64,000 nucleotides of DNA, taken from the NCBI RefSeq assembly GCF_036588685.1, contig NC_086375.1, positions 13,826,001 through 13,890,000 on the forward strand, in the 5' to 3' direction. Positions 49,094-62,044 of this stretch are shown piece by piece. How positions within the stretch are numbered: the first letter of the stretch is position 1; the number at the start of each line of letters is the position of its first letter. The stretch comes from Mytilus trossulus (taxonomy: Eukaryota). The notes under the pieces are model-generated. The model was not told the DNA's origin, made no database searches, and saw only the letters and a list, made by a program, of their open reading frames with translations. The translations under genes and the position numbers were made by a program.

Positions 49094-49975
49094 TTTTTAG
49101 CTTATCTGGCCCAGAGGGCCAAGTGAGCTTTTATCATCACTTAGCGTCTGTCGTCCGTCGTCGTCATCGGTATTTAAAAAAATCATCTTCTCGTCTGAAA
49201 CGCCGAAGCTAAAATAAACCAAACTTGACCTAAATCATCCTTAGAGTATCTAGTTAAAAAAATATCCGATGACCCTGTATATCAACTAAGAGGGCCGCAT
49301 GGCTAAACTAGAACATAGGGGTTTCAATGCATTTTAGCTGGTATCTCCGAAGCTAAAGCAAATTTTCAGACGCATTCAGCAATATGTAAGCTCTCCTGAT
49401 CGAAATTGTCAATTGACCTTTTTAGGATTTATTGCCCTTTAAAGTAAATTTCTCGCAATGCTTCGGAAATTTTGCAATTTTTTACAAATATCTTTTCCTC
49501 TGAAACTACTGGGCCAAGTTAATCTAACAATTTCAAAGGTGAGACAATAGTGTAATCCTGAAATGTTCCTGTTTGATATTTTTTTCTCTCTAAGGCTAGA
49601 TGGAAAATAGTTATACATGTATTGATAAATGCTACGATGCAACTCTTGAATGTCAAGGTGTGTAAATTGTATCAATTCACAATACATCGGTTTTACCAAA
49701 GAATAATAATAAAAGGCAAACCTTGATGAAAATGGAACACGGCTGGAAATTTTACTTGAAAATCCTGCCCATTGAGCTATTTTCAACACCTTTTTGGTCA
49801 GTTACAACTTATGTTCTTTTGTCAAGACTACTTTTACCCAAAATGGAAATCTCACAATTTATTTGGCCTGAAGCATATAAATATGTAGGACTTGGAGATG
49901 CGATGGGGACGCCGAAGTATGATGGTCCTTTCACTGAGGTACAAATATAATATACAGGTGAGCGATTCAGGCTAC
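49094..49975 (+). mobile_element. Helentron-type non-autonomous element inserted 7 bp after the copy-5 stop codon
   Basis: TTTTTAGCTTATCTGGCCCAGAGGGCCAAGTGAGC hairpin start, (GTC)n microsatellite, and subterminal CAGGTGAGC at 49955. Confidence 0.6.
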
Positions 49976-50174
49976 CTATCATTTTTATAGGTAAAGTTCT
50001 AGCTTCAGAGATCATTATTTTTTTTGTTAACAACTTTAGCATTTTATATAATATAGAGGATTTCAATAATTTGTCACTCAAAATTGCAAAGAACATTCAA
50101 ATTCAAAGTATCTTATAATTCTTATAGATATATAAGGTAAAGATCCATTATCACTGGAACCTTGTCCTTTAGAA

Positions 50175-50500
50175 GCAAAATCTGCTGCTGCAAAAGTACT
50201 AGCCTCCGGGCATTTCAGCCCCAAGACATTAAAGAACAAGGAGGGTTTTTATTAGGCAAGAATGGCTTTGTTTATATAGCTTCTCAGCAGTATGTACGGC
50301 AGTATTGGGGTAGTATCACCAGATAATAAAATCAGTTAAATAATACTACCAAAGGCTTAAGGAATCAAATCTCCTTGGGAAATAGACATTCAACACAGAA
50401 AATCTGGTATCTTTCGTCCCTTTTTTGTGTCCATTTAAACAAGTGGCGATTAAACTGATCTATTCTATTCTATGACACATATTTTTTTTATAAAATCTAA
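50175..50500 (+). pseudogene. Decayed relic of the last propeller blades of a TRIM-like copy
   Basis: Nucleotide matches to paralogue 3' ends (AAGAATGGCTTTGTTTATATAGCTTC, GTAGTATCACCAGAT, GGAATCAAATCTCCTTGG..ATAGAC, TATAAAATCTAA), with stops and indels. Confidence 0.85.
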
Positions 50501-51225
50501 AATGTTGTTTTTTTATTTTCATTTATTAATAAATATCTAGCCTTGCAAAGATTTTTACGTTATCATAGATTTTCTATCTTTAAACAAAAAAAAACATGCT
50601 TTTTTATTTTACACAAAATAAAGGATTTTCATAATTTTTCATATAAATAGCAAAGAGTATGTTATATGAGAATGTTCTGCTATTTAATTATTGAAATATT
50701 TTCCCGTAAGCAGCTTTTTTAACTATAAGAACTCTCGTTGCAACGTTGGCCGCCACTGAGCAACAATGCGAGGGAAAACCAAAATGAAAGAAACAGACTT
50801 CAGTGTACATGTTATATTATATATAGGCTCCCGACTTGGAATAAACACATAAAGAATGTGGCGGGATTAAAATTTTGTGAACCTTAGTTTAAAAATCTGT
50901 TTACAAATGCTTAACTTATGACATCGATACAAATTAAAATAGAAAAAGATCTAGCAATGAAAACAAAACAAAGACTGGACGTGGTAGGGTTGTGAAACAA
51001 CTCTTACAAAAAAAAGTACAGACAGCTAGTTTATATCCAATAACAAAACAAATCATGTATCTAAGACGAAGATATCATTCGGTACACATCCAACATTCAA
51101 CAGGCAGAGAATAACATGACATTGTGCAATTTTAAAATATAGGTATCGACAAATTGTAGCACCGTAAAAGTGCATATATGTACAACAATCATATTAAGTA
51201 TGGTTTTAATTTACTGATAACAAAA

Positions 51226-51420
51226 TCAATATAAATACAATATAAATACAATATTCAAAGATTTAATAGCATCGTTGGGTTGGTAACCTTTCAGAATAAG
51301 TTCATTTAAAGGATTGATAAGTTTACCTGGGTTGTATCTAATTTTCCGGACTCGGTAAACAACATCACCGTAAAATTTACGATGTGCTATTACGTTTTCT
51401 ATGAGTGAGGCCACACTTGC
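51226..51420 (-). mobile_element. Penelope-like ORF extreme C-terminus remnant
   Basis: IAHRKFYGDVVYRVRK...KLINPLNELILKGY aligns with ISHPFFYGNILYKAQR...KLTKPLNRLIKKGY (44060-44284). Confidence 0.65.
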
Positions 51421-52662
51421 AAACCAAATATTTGTTTCTATGGAAGAATTAAGAAAAGGTTTTGAAAAATTTGTGGTAACGATGTCATTCATGAAATTTC
51501 ATGACAGAGAAATACACAAATAGACAGTACAATAGTGCATTTTGACATGCCTACCACAGAAAAAAAATGAACACATGAAACAATTTAGGACACCACATAA
51601 AAACAGCACAACAGAACCAACGCATTGTCTGTCACACGACTGGATAACCTCACATAAGTGACGTCACAGGTAAATTTCTAAAATTTGGATATACGATGTA
51701 GTTCAGGATCAGGTTTGTTGTCCTAGTATTTTATGTATTTTATACCAATTACAAGAATATTAATAAAGAATTATGTTAGTAGTTAGATAATTAATTGTAT
51801 TATCTAGCTATGTCGATGTTTATCAAACAGTAATACAAATGAATCGTGTACGTTTAGTTGCTTCAAACTAAAACCCTACAAATTAACTGGACAATAAATG
51901 ATATTACCTTTTACATACGAATAAAAGATATAAAAAAAATATAATTACAAATACAACCGATAATACATTTAACAATATCTGATCAGAATTACAAATACAA
52001 CACCATAATTGATTTCATGAATGGTGTATAAATAAATACCGTCACACGTCTTATAGTAATGCGAATTCACATTCAGCAAAACGGTTATATTCGATAAAAG
52101 GTCACGTTCAGTACTTAAAAGACCAGACGACGTAAATGGATCGAAAACCACAATATAATACGTGGTAAAAAAAGGTTAGTTTTGACAAAGACACATCGTA
52201 TAGATCAACCAACTCGTGAAGGTGTCCATAAATTTACGGAGTGTCATGGTTAATCTTTCCTCCTAATATCTTTGTTTGAAATTTTTTGGTGTATGAAGTA
52301 CAATCAAAGGTTTTATCTCCTCGTCCTTATATGTTTTTAAATTATATCAAAACGTAATAAAAAAATTAAAATAAACTTTTAAAAGTTTGACGCACCCTAA
52401 GCGCTTCTTTTTATTTAAGTTAAGTTGAGCGCTTCGGACTCATGAAATTTATTACGTGTACAATTTGTTTTCATGCTTTTTTTCATCAGGAACGCCAAAA
52501 CCAAATAATTCACGTATAAATACCTGATTACTTGATCTATCCAATAAATAATTGACCTGAAAGAAGAGCCAATGTTCTGTTGACTAATCATTACAATTGA
52601 AAGTTTACAGTTTGATGAAAATCTGAGTTTACTTTTGCAATTAGCCTGTTCAGTAGATTTAA

Positions 52663-53272
52663 GGGCATACGATACAGTTTTGAACCTGTATTTACAAGTT
52701 GATGAAAATTTGCATATAGGCTATTTTGTACCTGATTAAATCAAATATGTAATAAAAAATATACCTTCATGTGCTACTTTTTGAGTAAAATGAGGTCGAA
52801 ATTTGGTATACTTGCTCAAAATTCAGATTTGTGTCCGTATTTTCTTTTTCGAAAGAAAGACATAACTTTTTTGTTTTAAAAGATAAACACAAATTGTTTT
52901 TTTGTTAAATAATCGGTAATTTCTGTATTTTATAAGTATTATTAAAAATTATGCAATTTTTATTCAGAAATAACTCACATTTATCAAATGATCATGAATA
53001 GAGGAAAAAACGTCATTTTTTGCTGCATGTTTATCAAAATTTAAAAAAATGCGCTATTTACAGTTTGGGTCACATAATCTCCTTGCAAAATGAAACAAAT
53101 TGCTGTTTTCAAAAATAGGGGTCAATGCACTCGTTTTCAAATTAAATCAGTTCGAATGATAAAAATCAGTCGAAAAATGCATCTTACCCCGAAATGTCAT
53201 AGTTTGAAGTCGCGAAAATATCATTTTACGTTAGCAACGTCATTACCTTCCCTGTAACTGTATCGTATGCCC
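52663..53272. mobile_element. MITE with perfect 17-bp TIRs and TTAA target-site duplication (Kolobok-like)
   Basis: TTAA|GGGCATACGATACAGTT ... AACTGTATCGTATGCCC|TTAA. Purine-starting TIRs with TTAA fit Kolobok better than piggyBac. Confidence 0.85.
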
Positions 53273-55142
53273 TTAAGAATGAGATTGCACAATGAGTAGT
53301 TACAAAAATAAAAAAAAGTGCACGTACTGTTGAAAGGGAAAGACGATTAGTTGTAGAAATATGGAACCATTATCTACGTCTTTCTAGAGTGGGTATGATG
53401 TTTCTTTAAAACAATTATGATCCTACAAAATAAATGAAAAATTTACAAACTTGACATAAAAGTCATGTTTCACTTCATGTATTGTAAACATTTAAAGTTA
53501 CTCGTTGTATTTCAACTGTTTTATTTGTGAAACTAACTAGTATAAATAATGGCAACAGTAGTATAGCACTGTTTAATAGTCATAATTGGATAAAGACAAA
53601 CCAAATCTGAGTAACAAACTAAAACCGAGGGAAACACATCAACTTTAAGAGGAAAAATATGGAAAAACAGACACACTGAACTACGGCATAAGCAGACGCC
53701 AACAAACATAGATAACACAAACTGCCATATTCCTGACTCGGTACAGAACATTTTAAGAAAACAGGGTTAAACAAGGTTTCACGGCAAGCACAACAACCCA
53801 CATATGTACCCTATATAAACGTTACGGCTTAATTAAATTGTCTCTTTTACTTAACCCATGTTAACCTGGTTCTTACTGTTCTTTATCTTTTGTTGAAAGC
53901 AGTATATTACCCTCTATTTGTCGTTTCTGTTTTGATTAGTTTTTTATTTTGCTAGGTGACGTAGCCGACAATTACTATTCATATGCCCTTCAGTCCTCTT
54001 GTACATTGTGTTTTCCCCTGACGCTTTATTTTCGAGAGAAAAAATCTAACATGTCTACCACGTTAAAATACATTTAGATAAAGTTTAGTTCTTGAAGAAG
54101 TGCATTTAGTTGAAATGTTAAAAATCATCAGCTGTTTCCCTAGCATAAACCAGATTTGTTAAACCAATTCAATGGCAGATTTTGTTTATCTATTTTTCAC
54201 CTGCATGTATATATAGAAGGTCTGAAAAAACAAATATATCAATATCAATATATCAACTCTTTATTAGCTTATATATAAAGACAACTGTAGTATACCGCTG
54301 TTCAAAAGTCGTAGATTGATTGAGAAAAAAACAAATACGGGTTAGAAACCAAAACCGAGAGAAACCCAACAACTATAGGAGGAAAACAGCAGAAACACAA
54401 AAGTGCAACAAAAACAGACGCCAACACACATAGAAACGAACTGTTAAAAAGCATATGCCATATTCCTGACTTGGTAAGGAAAATTTAAGAAAAAAATGGT
54501 GGGTTGAACCTAGTTAAATGGCATGCTAAACCTCCTGCTTTATATTATTTGAAATTCCCGATTTAAATGCTTTACCATTCATTTTATTTAGCCCACACGA
54601 ATCAAAGGAGTATGGGCTGTAGCTATTCGCTATATTGCTACTAAACCCACTAGTTTACTGTATTAGATGTTAAGTATAAGTATTAGACACACCTTGAGGG
54701 TGCTAGCCCGAATTGGTGTTTCTTATTTACACCAAGATATTAGTGTCAATGCATAATTTCAATAATTCAAGAGATGGAAATTCAGCGATATGATCATATG
54801 TTTTAGAAAAACATAGTATATGCAAGGTATCCAATATTATTTAACGATATCGTAGTGTAAATTAGTCGATTTTCGCATTGTTTTAATTTACGATTCCTAG
54901 TCCAAACTTGTACACATGATTTCATTTATGCATGTTGTTCCTGCTTGATAAGTTGAAAGTGTCTAATGATTTAACTTTAGAACCAACACACATGTCATAA
55001 AGCTGAAATGTCAAACAGGAGTTAAAGGGCAATTAGGAATATTTCACGGCTATGACATGGCAAAATAAATATTGTGTAATATATAACAGTATACATGTAA
55101 GTTCAATCCTTGATCTAATTATTACTGGACTTGTTTCAGGTG

Positions 55143-56920
55143 ACCTTCTTTTGATATAATTGTGTGCAGTGTACTTTAAAAAAAAATCATAAAAATTAGA
55201 GTTTTAACCTTAGTAGTGAATTTGCAGAAAATAAGGTTATACATCTGGTATAAATATAATTGTATAATAATCAGATAGAAATCACTTATAACGTTTGCTC
55301 ATGTTTATTTGAATAAAAGAATATATAGGCTACCAATACAAAACGTATATTTAAAGACCAAGATACATTCATAAGCGTCTATACCGTATGTTGGCCTACT
55401 TATGACCTTAGAACGGGGTATAATCAACGAGCAATTTATGAAAGAAGATATGTACACTTTATAGAAATATTTTGATATGACATGAACTAGCAATTAAAGA
55501 TAAATAAAGAAAATCCTACATTATTTTATATATGAAAACCAACTATACACGAACGAAAATTATCTCGAGCAGCAACCAACGATAATCACTTAAGTACAGG
55601 TTTGTGCGTTAGGACAGCAATATACAAAATGTGGCGGGGATAAACATGTGTGGGAGTGTTAACCTATGACAATACAAAGTCAATACTACAAAAGAAAACA
55701 TAGAATTACATCATTTTAGAGAATAATCGAATCCTCGTTTAATGAGCCCTGAGCATTATTATTTTCATTTCAATACAAAAGACAAATTATACCGATCTAA
55801 GAGTACCCACAATTTCTTAAAATTGTGTTCAAGGCTCAAATGTAAATAATCAAACATGTTTTCTCTGCCATCTTTGCATACAAATATATAATTTGTTGTT
55901 TCAACCTTCTTTTGAAATTATTGTGTGCAATGTACTTTGAAAAAAATCATAAAAATTAGAGTTTCAACCTTAGTAGTGAATTTGCAGAAAATAAGGTTAT
56001 ATATCTGGTATAAATATAATTGCATAATAATTAGATAGAAATCCCTTATAACATTCGCTCATGTTTATTTGAATAAAAGAATATAAAAACGAATAATACA
56101 AAACGTATATTTAAAGACCAAGATACATTCCTAAGCGTCTATACCGTATGTTAGCCTACTTATGACATTAGAACGGGGTCTAATCAACGAGCATTTTATG
56201 AAAACAAGATGTTTACACTTTATAGAAATATGTTGATATGACATGAACTAGCAATTAAAGATAAATAAAGAAAATTCTACATTATTTTATATATGAAAAC
56301 TAACTATACACGAACGAAAATCATCTCGAGCAGCAACCAACGATAATCACTTAAATACAGGTTTGTGCGTTAGGTCAGCAATATATGAATAAACTCATCA
56401 TAGATACCAGAACTAAATTTTATATTATACGCCAGACGCGCGTTTCGTTTACAAAAGACTCATCAGTGACGCTCGAATCCAAAAAAGTTAAAAAGGTCAA
56501 ATAAAGTACGAAGTTGAAGAGCATTGAGGACCAAAAACCCTAAAAGTTTTGCCAAATACAGCTACGGTAATATATTGCCTGAGGTAGAAAAGCCTTAGTA
56601 TTTCAAAAAATTCTTAATTTTGTAAAATGTTAATTTATAAATATAACAATATCAATGACAATTCATATCACCACACACAGTGTTAACCTGTGACAAAAGA
56701 GAGTCAATACTACAAAAGAAAACATTGAATTAAATCATTTTAGAAAATAATCGAATCTTCGTGTAATGAGCATTATTATTTTTCACTTCAATACAAAAGA
56801 CATATAATACCGATCTAAGAGTACCCACAATTGCTTAAAATTGTTTTCAAGGCTCAAATGCAAATAATCAAACATGTTTTCTCTGCCGTCTTTGCATACA
56901 AATATATACTTTGTCGTTTT
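55143..56920. repeat. Tandem duplication (period 761 bp); second copy carries a retrozyme insertion
   Basis: CCTTCTTTTGA.AT.ATTGTGTGCA.TGTAC at 55144 and 55905. Confidence 0.9.
56387..56680 (-). mobile_element. 5'-truncated retrozyme with hammerhead (56430-56474)
   Basis: Canonical core on the minus strand. Absent from the first duplication copy near 55620, where ~30 bp is present instead. Confidence 0.85.
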
Positions 56921-57845
56921 TCAATAAAAAAAATATACCATTCTTCGAAAAATCTTAAATCATCGTACAGGTTGACGTAATATCAACAAACATATTTCAC
57001 CCCGACACGTTCTGTATTTGTCTGTATCATGTTCGGTTCCTGTACCGTGGTTATCGTTGCTTCATGTCTGACAACTTCGTAAGTTATTTGTTATTTATAA
57101 GCCGTTATTTTTCTAATTTAATGTGTTCATTATGTGTTTTATTCGAGACCTTTTATAGCCGAATATTAAGTAATGGGTTTGCTTTCATTGTTGAAGACTG
57201 TACGGTTGCCAGAAGTTGATATATTTGACTCATTGGCAAATACACCAAATGTCCTTATATCTATATTTACATTAATCCCATTGATTTTACGCTTTCGTGA
57301 CTCTTCGGAAATTTTTGTCAATAGTTAAAAATAAGTATTTAAATTTCAATCAATAACTCCAGGTAAGTAAAGAAGTATCACAGATATATTGATATTTGAC
57401 TTCCATAAGCAAATTCCTTCCTGTCAAAATGGCCAGGTAAGAATGTTGGAGTAGTTCAACTATTTGTGTAAATAATTCATTAACCCTATTTAATATTCTG
57501 ATTACAGTACCATGAGAATGAAAAACCTTATAGTTCTTTACACAAGAAATTAGAAAGATGATAAAGTTCACAGTTTGTGATGAAAAAATGTGTGTAAACA
57601 TGCAAATTACACAGTGAGATTTAACACTTTTTAAAGGAGAGATTCAAAACGTTATCATGTTTAATGATACCAATGATTTGTTTAGTCTCACATTGGTGAT
57701 ACACACTGACAAAATAAACGAAAAACTACACATGAGATTATAAAATTAAAAACAAACACTGATAACTTAAAAAAGATCGAAACACACAATCATATTTGTA
57801 CACACAAGCTACTTTAGTTGCGTTTCTGTATATATCTGAAGTTAA

Positions 57846-58290
57846 AAAAGGCAACAGTAGTATACCGCTATTCGAAATTCATACATCGATTGAGGAAAAA
57901 ACAAATTCGGGTTACAAACTAAAACTGAGGAAAACATTTAATATAAGAGGTGAACAACGAAACAACAGAAACACAACGCTAAAATGCAACACAGAAACGA
58001 ACTATAATATAACAATGGCCATTTTCTTGACTTGGTACAGGACATTTAAAAAAAAATGGTGGGTTGAACTTGGTTTTGTGTCTAGCAAAATCTCCGCTTT
58101 TATGGCAATGTTAAATATAACATTAAAATTACAACATTACATGACAGGACTAAAATAAAAAAATAAATGGGAGAACATACAGGACAGAGAAACACACAAA
58201 TACTAGCTTTCAAAAGGTACCAGGCTTATAATTTAATACATCAGACGTGCGTTTCGTCTATATAAGACTCATCAGTGACGCTCAGATAAA
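57846..58290 (-). mobile_element. Non-coding retroposon carrying a hammerhead (58239-58283) followed by a twister-like motif (~58016-58110)
   Basis: Minus strand order: GAGCGTCACTGATGAGTCTTATATAGACGAAACGCACGTC, ~130 nt, twister-like ...CAACCCACC...GTCCTGTACCAAGTCAAG, then the family tail GCGGTATACTACTGTTGCC. Confidence 0.75.
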
Positions 58291-59076
58291 GATTAACTAT
58301 GATTACGCTTAGATACATTTAAATAATCATCGTTGACAATTGAGAGAGAAATTCTGAATTGGTGACATTTCGCTACCATAGTTAAGAAACTCTGCTGTTT
58401 ATTCACTGTCCACATCCACATGTAAAAATTAGTATCAACACTCAACTTATTAACCCCGATATTTTTATTGGTACAGTTTTGCCATTTTTGCCATAAAAAA
58501 TATATACCCATTTTAGTGTAACATTCACTGAAATTCATTACTTTCAGTTATATAGATATTTAAGAAAGAATTACTAATACTCGTATATAACCAGGGAGAC
58601 AAATTCACAGGGGTTCATTTTGGAACTTTATTTGATACGTTAACTTTCAAATGATATGGTTTAATTTGACATAACGTAAATCCATTTTAATACAGATGTT
58701 ATAAAAAGGAAGGTAATTTCTATATAAAATCTCGCGAAATCATGACAGGTTTGTTTTTGGCACATCCCAATACATCCAATTATACAAAGTGACCCTCTAG
58801 GCTTTTTAAGGCGATAACTGGATAGAAAGTGATTAAGAGTTATGTCTCCTTTGCATTTTATAATACATAGACATATTTAACAATGCTATTAACGTTGACA
58901 TATTCACCTAAAGGAAACCATCACAGATAGTATGTGTACAAAAGCTGAAAACAATTAAGTTAAATCTATCTTATGATTAGCGTCCATTTAGAAACGTGTC
59001 CTTATCATGCCCTTTTGCCAATTTTAATGCAAATAGAGTGACATGGTTATATGTGTCTTTTGCATAACTGAAAAGT

Positions 59077-59990
59077 TAAATAACAAAAATACTGAACTCC
59101 GAGGAAAATTCTAAACGGAAGGTCCCTAAGCAAATGGAAAAATCAAAAGCTCAAACACATCAAAAGAATGGATAACAACTGTAATATACCTGATTTTGTA
59201 AAAGCATTTTCATAGGCATAACATGATCAACTAAATCTGATTTATAGCTCGCGAAACCTCTCACTTGTATGACAGTCGGACAAAATCCCATTATATTAAC
59301 AACGATATATGAGCAAAACTAAAATACATATTATCGGTAAAATTGTCAAAAAATATGATTATAGCAGTCTACATTCAATTTGCATTAACATCGTAATCTA
59401 GTTGATACGTAATATTTACCAAAAAGGTATTATATATCCTCCTTATGTTATGTGACAAATCCCTAGCTGGTCCATCAACATTCTGCTAAGGCACCGGTTA
59501 TCTTTAACGACTATGAGTAGCATTTGCAAGATCTTGAACATCGAATGAGTTAATAAATGAATATTCCTTATGCTGATTAAGTTGGTATACTGCTACTAAG
59601 GTGGGGGAATTGATAAATTCAACTTCAAATCGTCTCGTTGTTATATATTCTGATAACAAGATGACCGCTAATTTCTAAGTTTAAAATTAGCAGAAGAAGC
59701 CGTATCTGTTGTTTTATTAGTTTCTAGTTCTTGAGGATATTTTAATGGAACCAAAACAGAAAAGTTTTGATTGTTAATTGAAAGAACATCATCCATATAT
59801 CTGAATGTGAAATTAAATGATATGGGTTCTTTGATTTTCTTGTTTTGGTTTCAAGTGTCTCAAGGAACTCCGACTCATATGAAAATAAGATGAGGTCGGC
59901 AAGAAGAGGCGCACAGCTAGTTCCCTTGACATTCCGACAATTTGCTGAAAAAGTCAACTTCGAAATTCAACAAATATGTTGTCTATAAGA
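59077..59990 (-). mobile_element. Decayed Penelope-like element (RT fragment ~59400-59990; 3' tail with decayed twister ~59178-59277)
   Basis: GTSCAPLLADLILFSYESEF matches 45906-46091. The tail matches 42662-42960. Confidence 0.75.
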
Positions 59991-60061
59991 AACTGATTTT
60001 AACTGGGATTTGTGGTCGAAACTTCGTACTTTATTTGACTTTTTAAAACTTTTTTGGATTC

Positions 60062-60106
60062 GAGCGTCACTAATGAGTCTTATGTAGACGAAACGCGCGT
60101 CTGGCG
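60062..60106 (+). ncRNA. Hammerhead ribozyme with core mutation (CTAATGA, G5>A), probably inactive; retrozyme fragment ~60020-60150
   Basis: GAGCGTCA-CTAATGA-GTCTTATGTAGAC-GAAA-CGCGCG-TC-TGGCG. Confidence 0.8.
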
Positions 60107-60502
60107 TATATATGAAATTTAGTCCTGGTATTTATGAAGAGTTTATTTATTGTGATCAAGGTACAATGAGCAATCCTTGTTGCCAACGAATTTGCAACAC
60201 TTTGTCTCACATTTCGTGACGTTCGTCACGGGTGGGACATAAACCAATATGTTTGTCATTTTTTATTTTGTTCATTTTTCTTGTTATGGTCTTATCTTTA
60301 ATTTTCATGGTTTTTGATTTCACCCCTTTTTCCCTTTCTATGTATCGTAACCATTTTGATAATTATAAAGAAGAGAAGAATATGCATGATTAACATATAT
60401 TTGTTGCATTAAGTTACTAGGCATTTTCTCGAAAAAGAAACATTGATTCAGTTATAATTGAGGGCTAACCATTTTATATTACTGAAAATTGATATATTTT
60501 AG

Positions 60503-61420
60503 ATTGTGAAAAAACTCAAAGGAATTCCATACGTGACAGAACTAAAACCCATTAGCTCAATATCACCAAAAGATACATTTATCATGGAAGTAATATGCAA
60601 TCCACCCAATGACCAGCAATGTGTTCCAAATGTTTGTGAAATTGATCAGATTAAGCCATCATTATTGAGACGACTTACTATTCCAAAAGATATCAAGTCT
60701 TTAGGAATAATATGGTCCTGTCTGGTATTACCCGATGGTAAATCTATAATAATTCATCACGACAAAAAACGTCTACATCTGTTCAGTAATGAAGGAATAT
60801 ATATCAGAAAGATTATAACATTCAAAGAATATCCAAATACTGCTTGCTTTGTCAGTAATAGTACAGTTGCTGTCACATTAGAAGCTAACCAGATAGCACT
60901 TGTAGATGTAGAAAAAAACAAAATAATGAATACAACAAAACTTTCTCATAAATGTTATGGAGTAGCGAGTGATGGTAAAACTTTGGTCATCAGTAGTGAT
61001 GACAAGTGCACTAGCGTGAATCTGATTGACATGTCTCATACAATTTTAGAAGGCGTGGTTAAACTGAAAAGTATTTCATTATTCCAAGGAAATATATATG
61101 GTACCGTTTTCTATGAAGACCAAGTAAGGTGCTATACAAGTACTGGAGACGTACTTTGGACATTTCAGAGCCATGATATTGACTATTCAGGAGGACTTGC
61201 GATAGACCAAAATGGCTTTGTCTTTATATCTTCTTATGAAAAGAACAAAATAGTGGTAGTATCACCAGATGGTCAAACCAGTTAGACAGTCTTATCAGAA
61301 GCTGATGGAATCAAATCTCCTGTAGCAATAGACATTAACAGAGAAACAGGATTGATGTTAGTGTCAAGTGATATAAGTGCTGACAGTTGTGATCAAACAG
61401 GTTTTGCTTATAAAATCTAA
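60503..61420 (+). pseudogene. Propeller-only exon of a TRIM-related gene with one in-frame TAG (61283-61285)
   Basis: Acceptor TTTTAG at 60501-60502, ~35 non-homologous codons, then homology from QQCVPNV..IDQIKPSLL. After the TAG (Lys codon in paralogues) the frame continues cleanly for 44 codons to ...GFAYKI* at 61420. Confidence 0.8.
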
Positions 61421-62044
61421 ACAATGCCATGCTGGTTTTTTTCATTTTATATATAAAGGTATAACTGTATATTTTAGAGAACGGCCATTTACCTTCAAAA
61501 GGGTGAAAATGTTTTTTTCCTTAAAATATATTCTGATCCCAAATTTGATGAAAAAAGAATGTGTCCATAATACATGATGCCCAACTCGCCTTTTCTATGT
61601 TCAAATTCTTTGACCGGAAGTTGGACAGACGAAAAACATAATGCCCCTTGTTGGGCATGATAGTCATGCTGATGACAAAAATATTCTGAATCAAGATGTT
61701 CCCAATTGTTAAATTTAGAAGAAGAAAAAAAATAATTGATAGCGTTGAAAAACTAAGATAAGAAGATATGACTCAGACAAGACATCCTTCACACCTCCCC
61801 TTTTGGAGTTAAATGGATGCTCCCTAAAGATAGGCACTAGATGCTTCTTATTAGATGTCTTCATCCTATTATTATTTGAAGAAAAAAATGATCATTTTGT
61901 ACATGCTATGGAAAATTCCAAAATTACTTCACATAAATAAAATAGAGTTGTTTTAAGTAGTTTAAATTCAAATAACGCTTTATTAAGTTTACGCATCTGA
62001 ACCACTTCCTTGGATTACAAATTAATAGGAATGCTCTAACTTAA

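Noticed and set aside
53292-54810. Possible decayed upstream exons for the propeller-only gene (ATG 53292, donor near 53392, acceptor near 53956)
   Set aside because: It needs a frameshift and contains stops. Any resemblance to a known domain was too weak to support by eye.
3246-61420. Functional link between the NHL-like propellers and neighbouring ribozyme RNAs
   Set aside because: The ribozyme elements look like dispersed high-copy repeats, and nothing in the sequence ties them to these genes beyond proximity.
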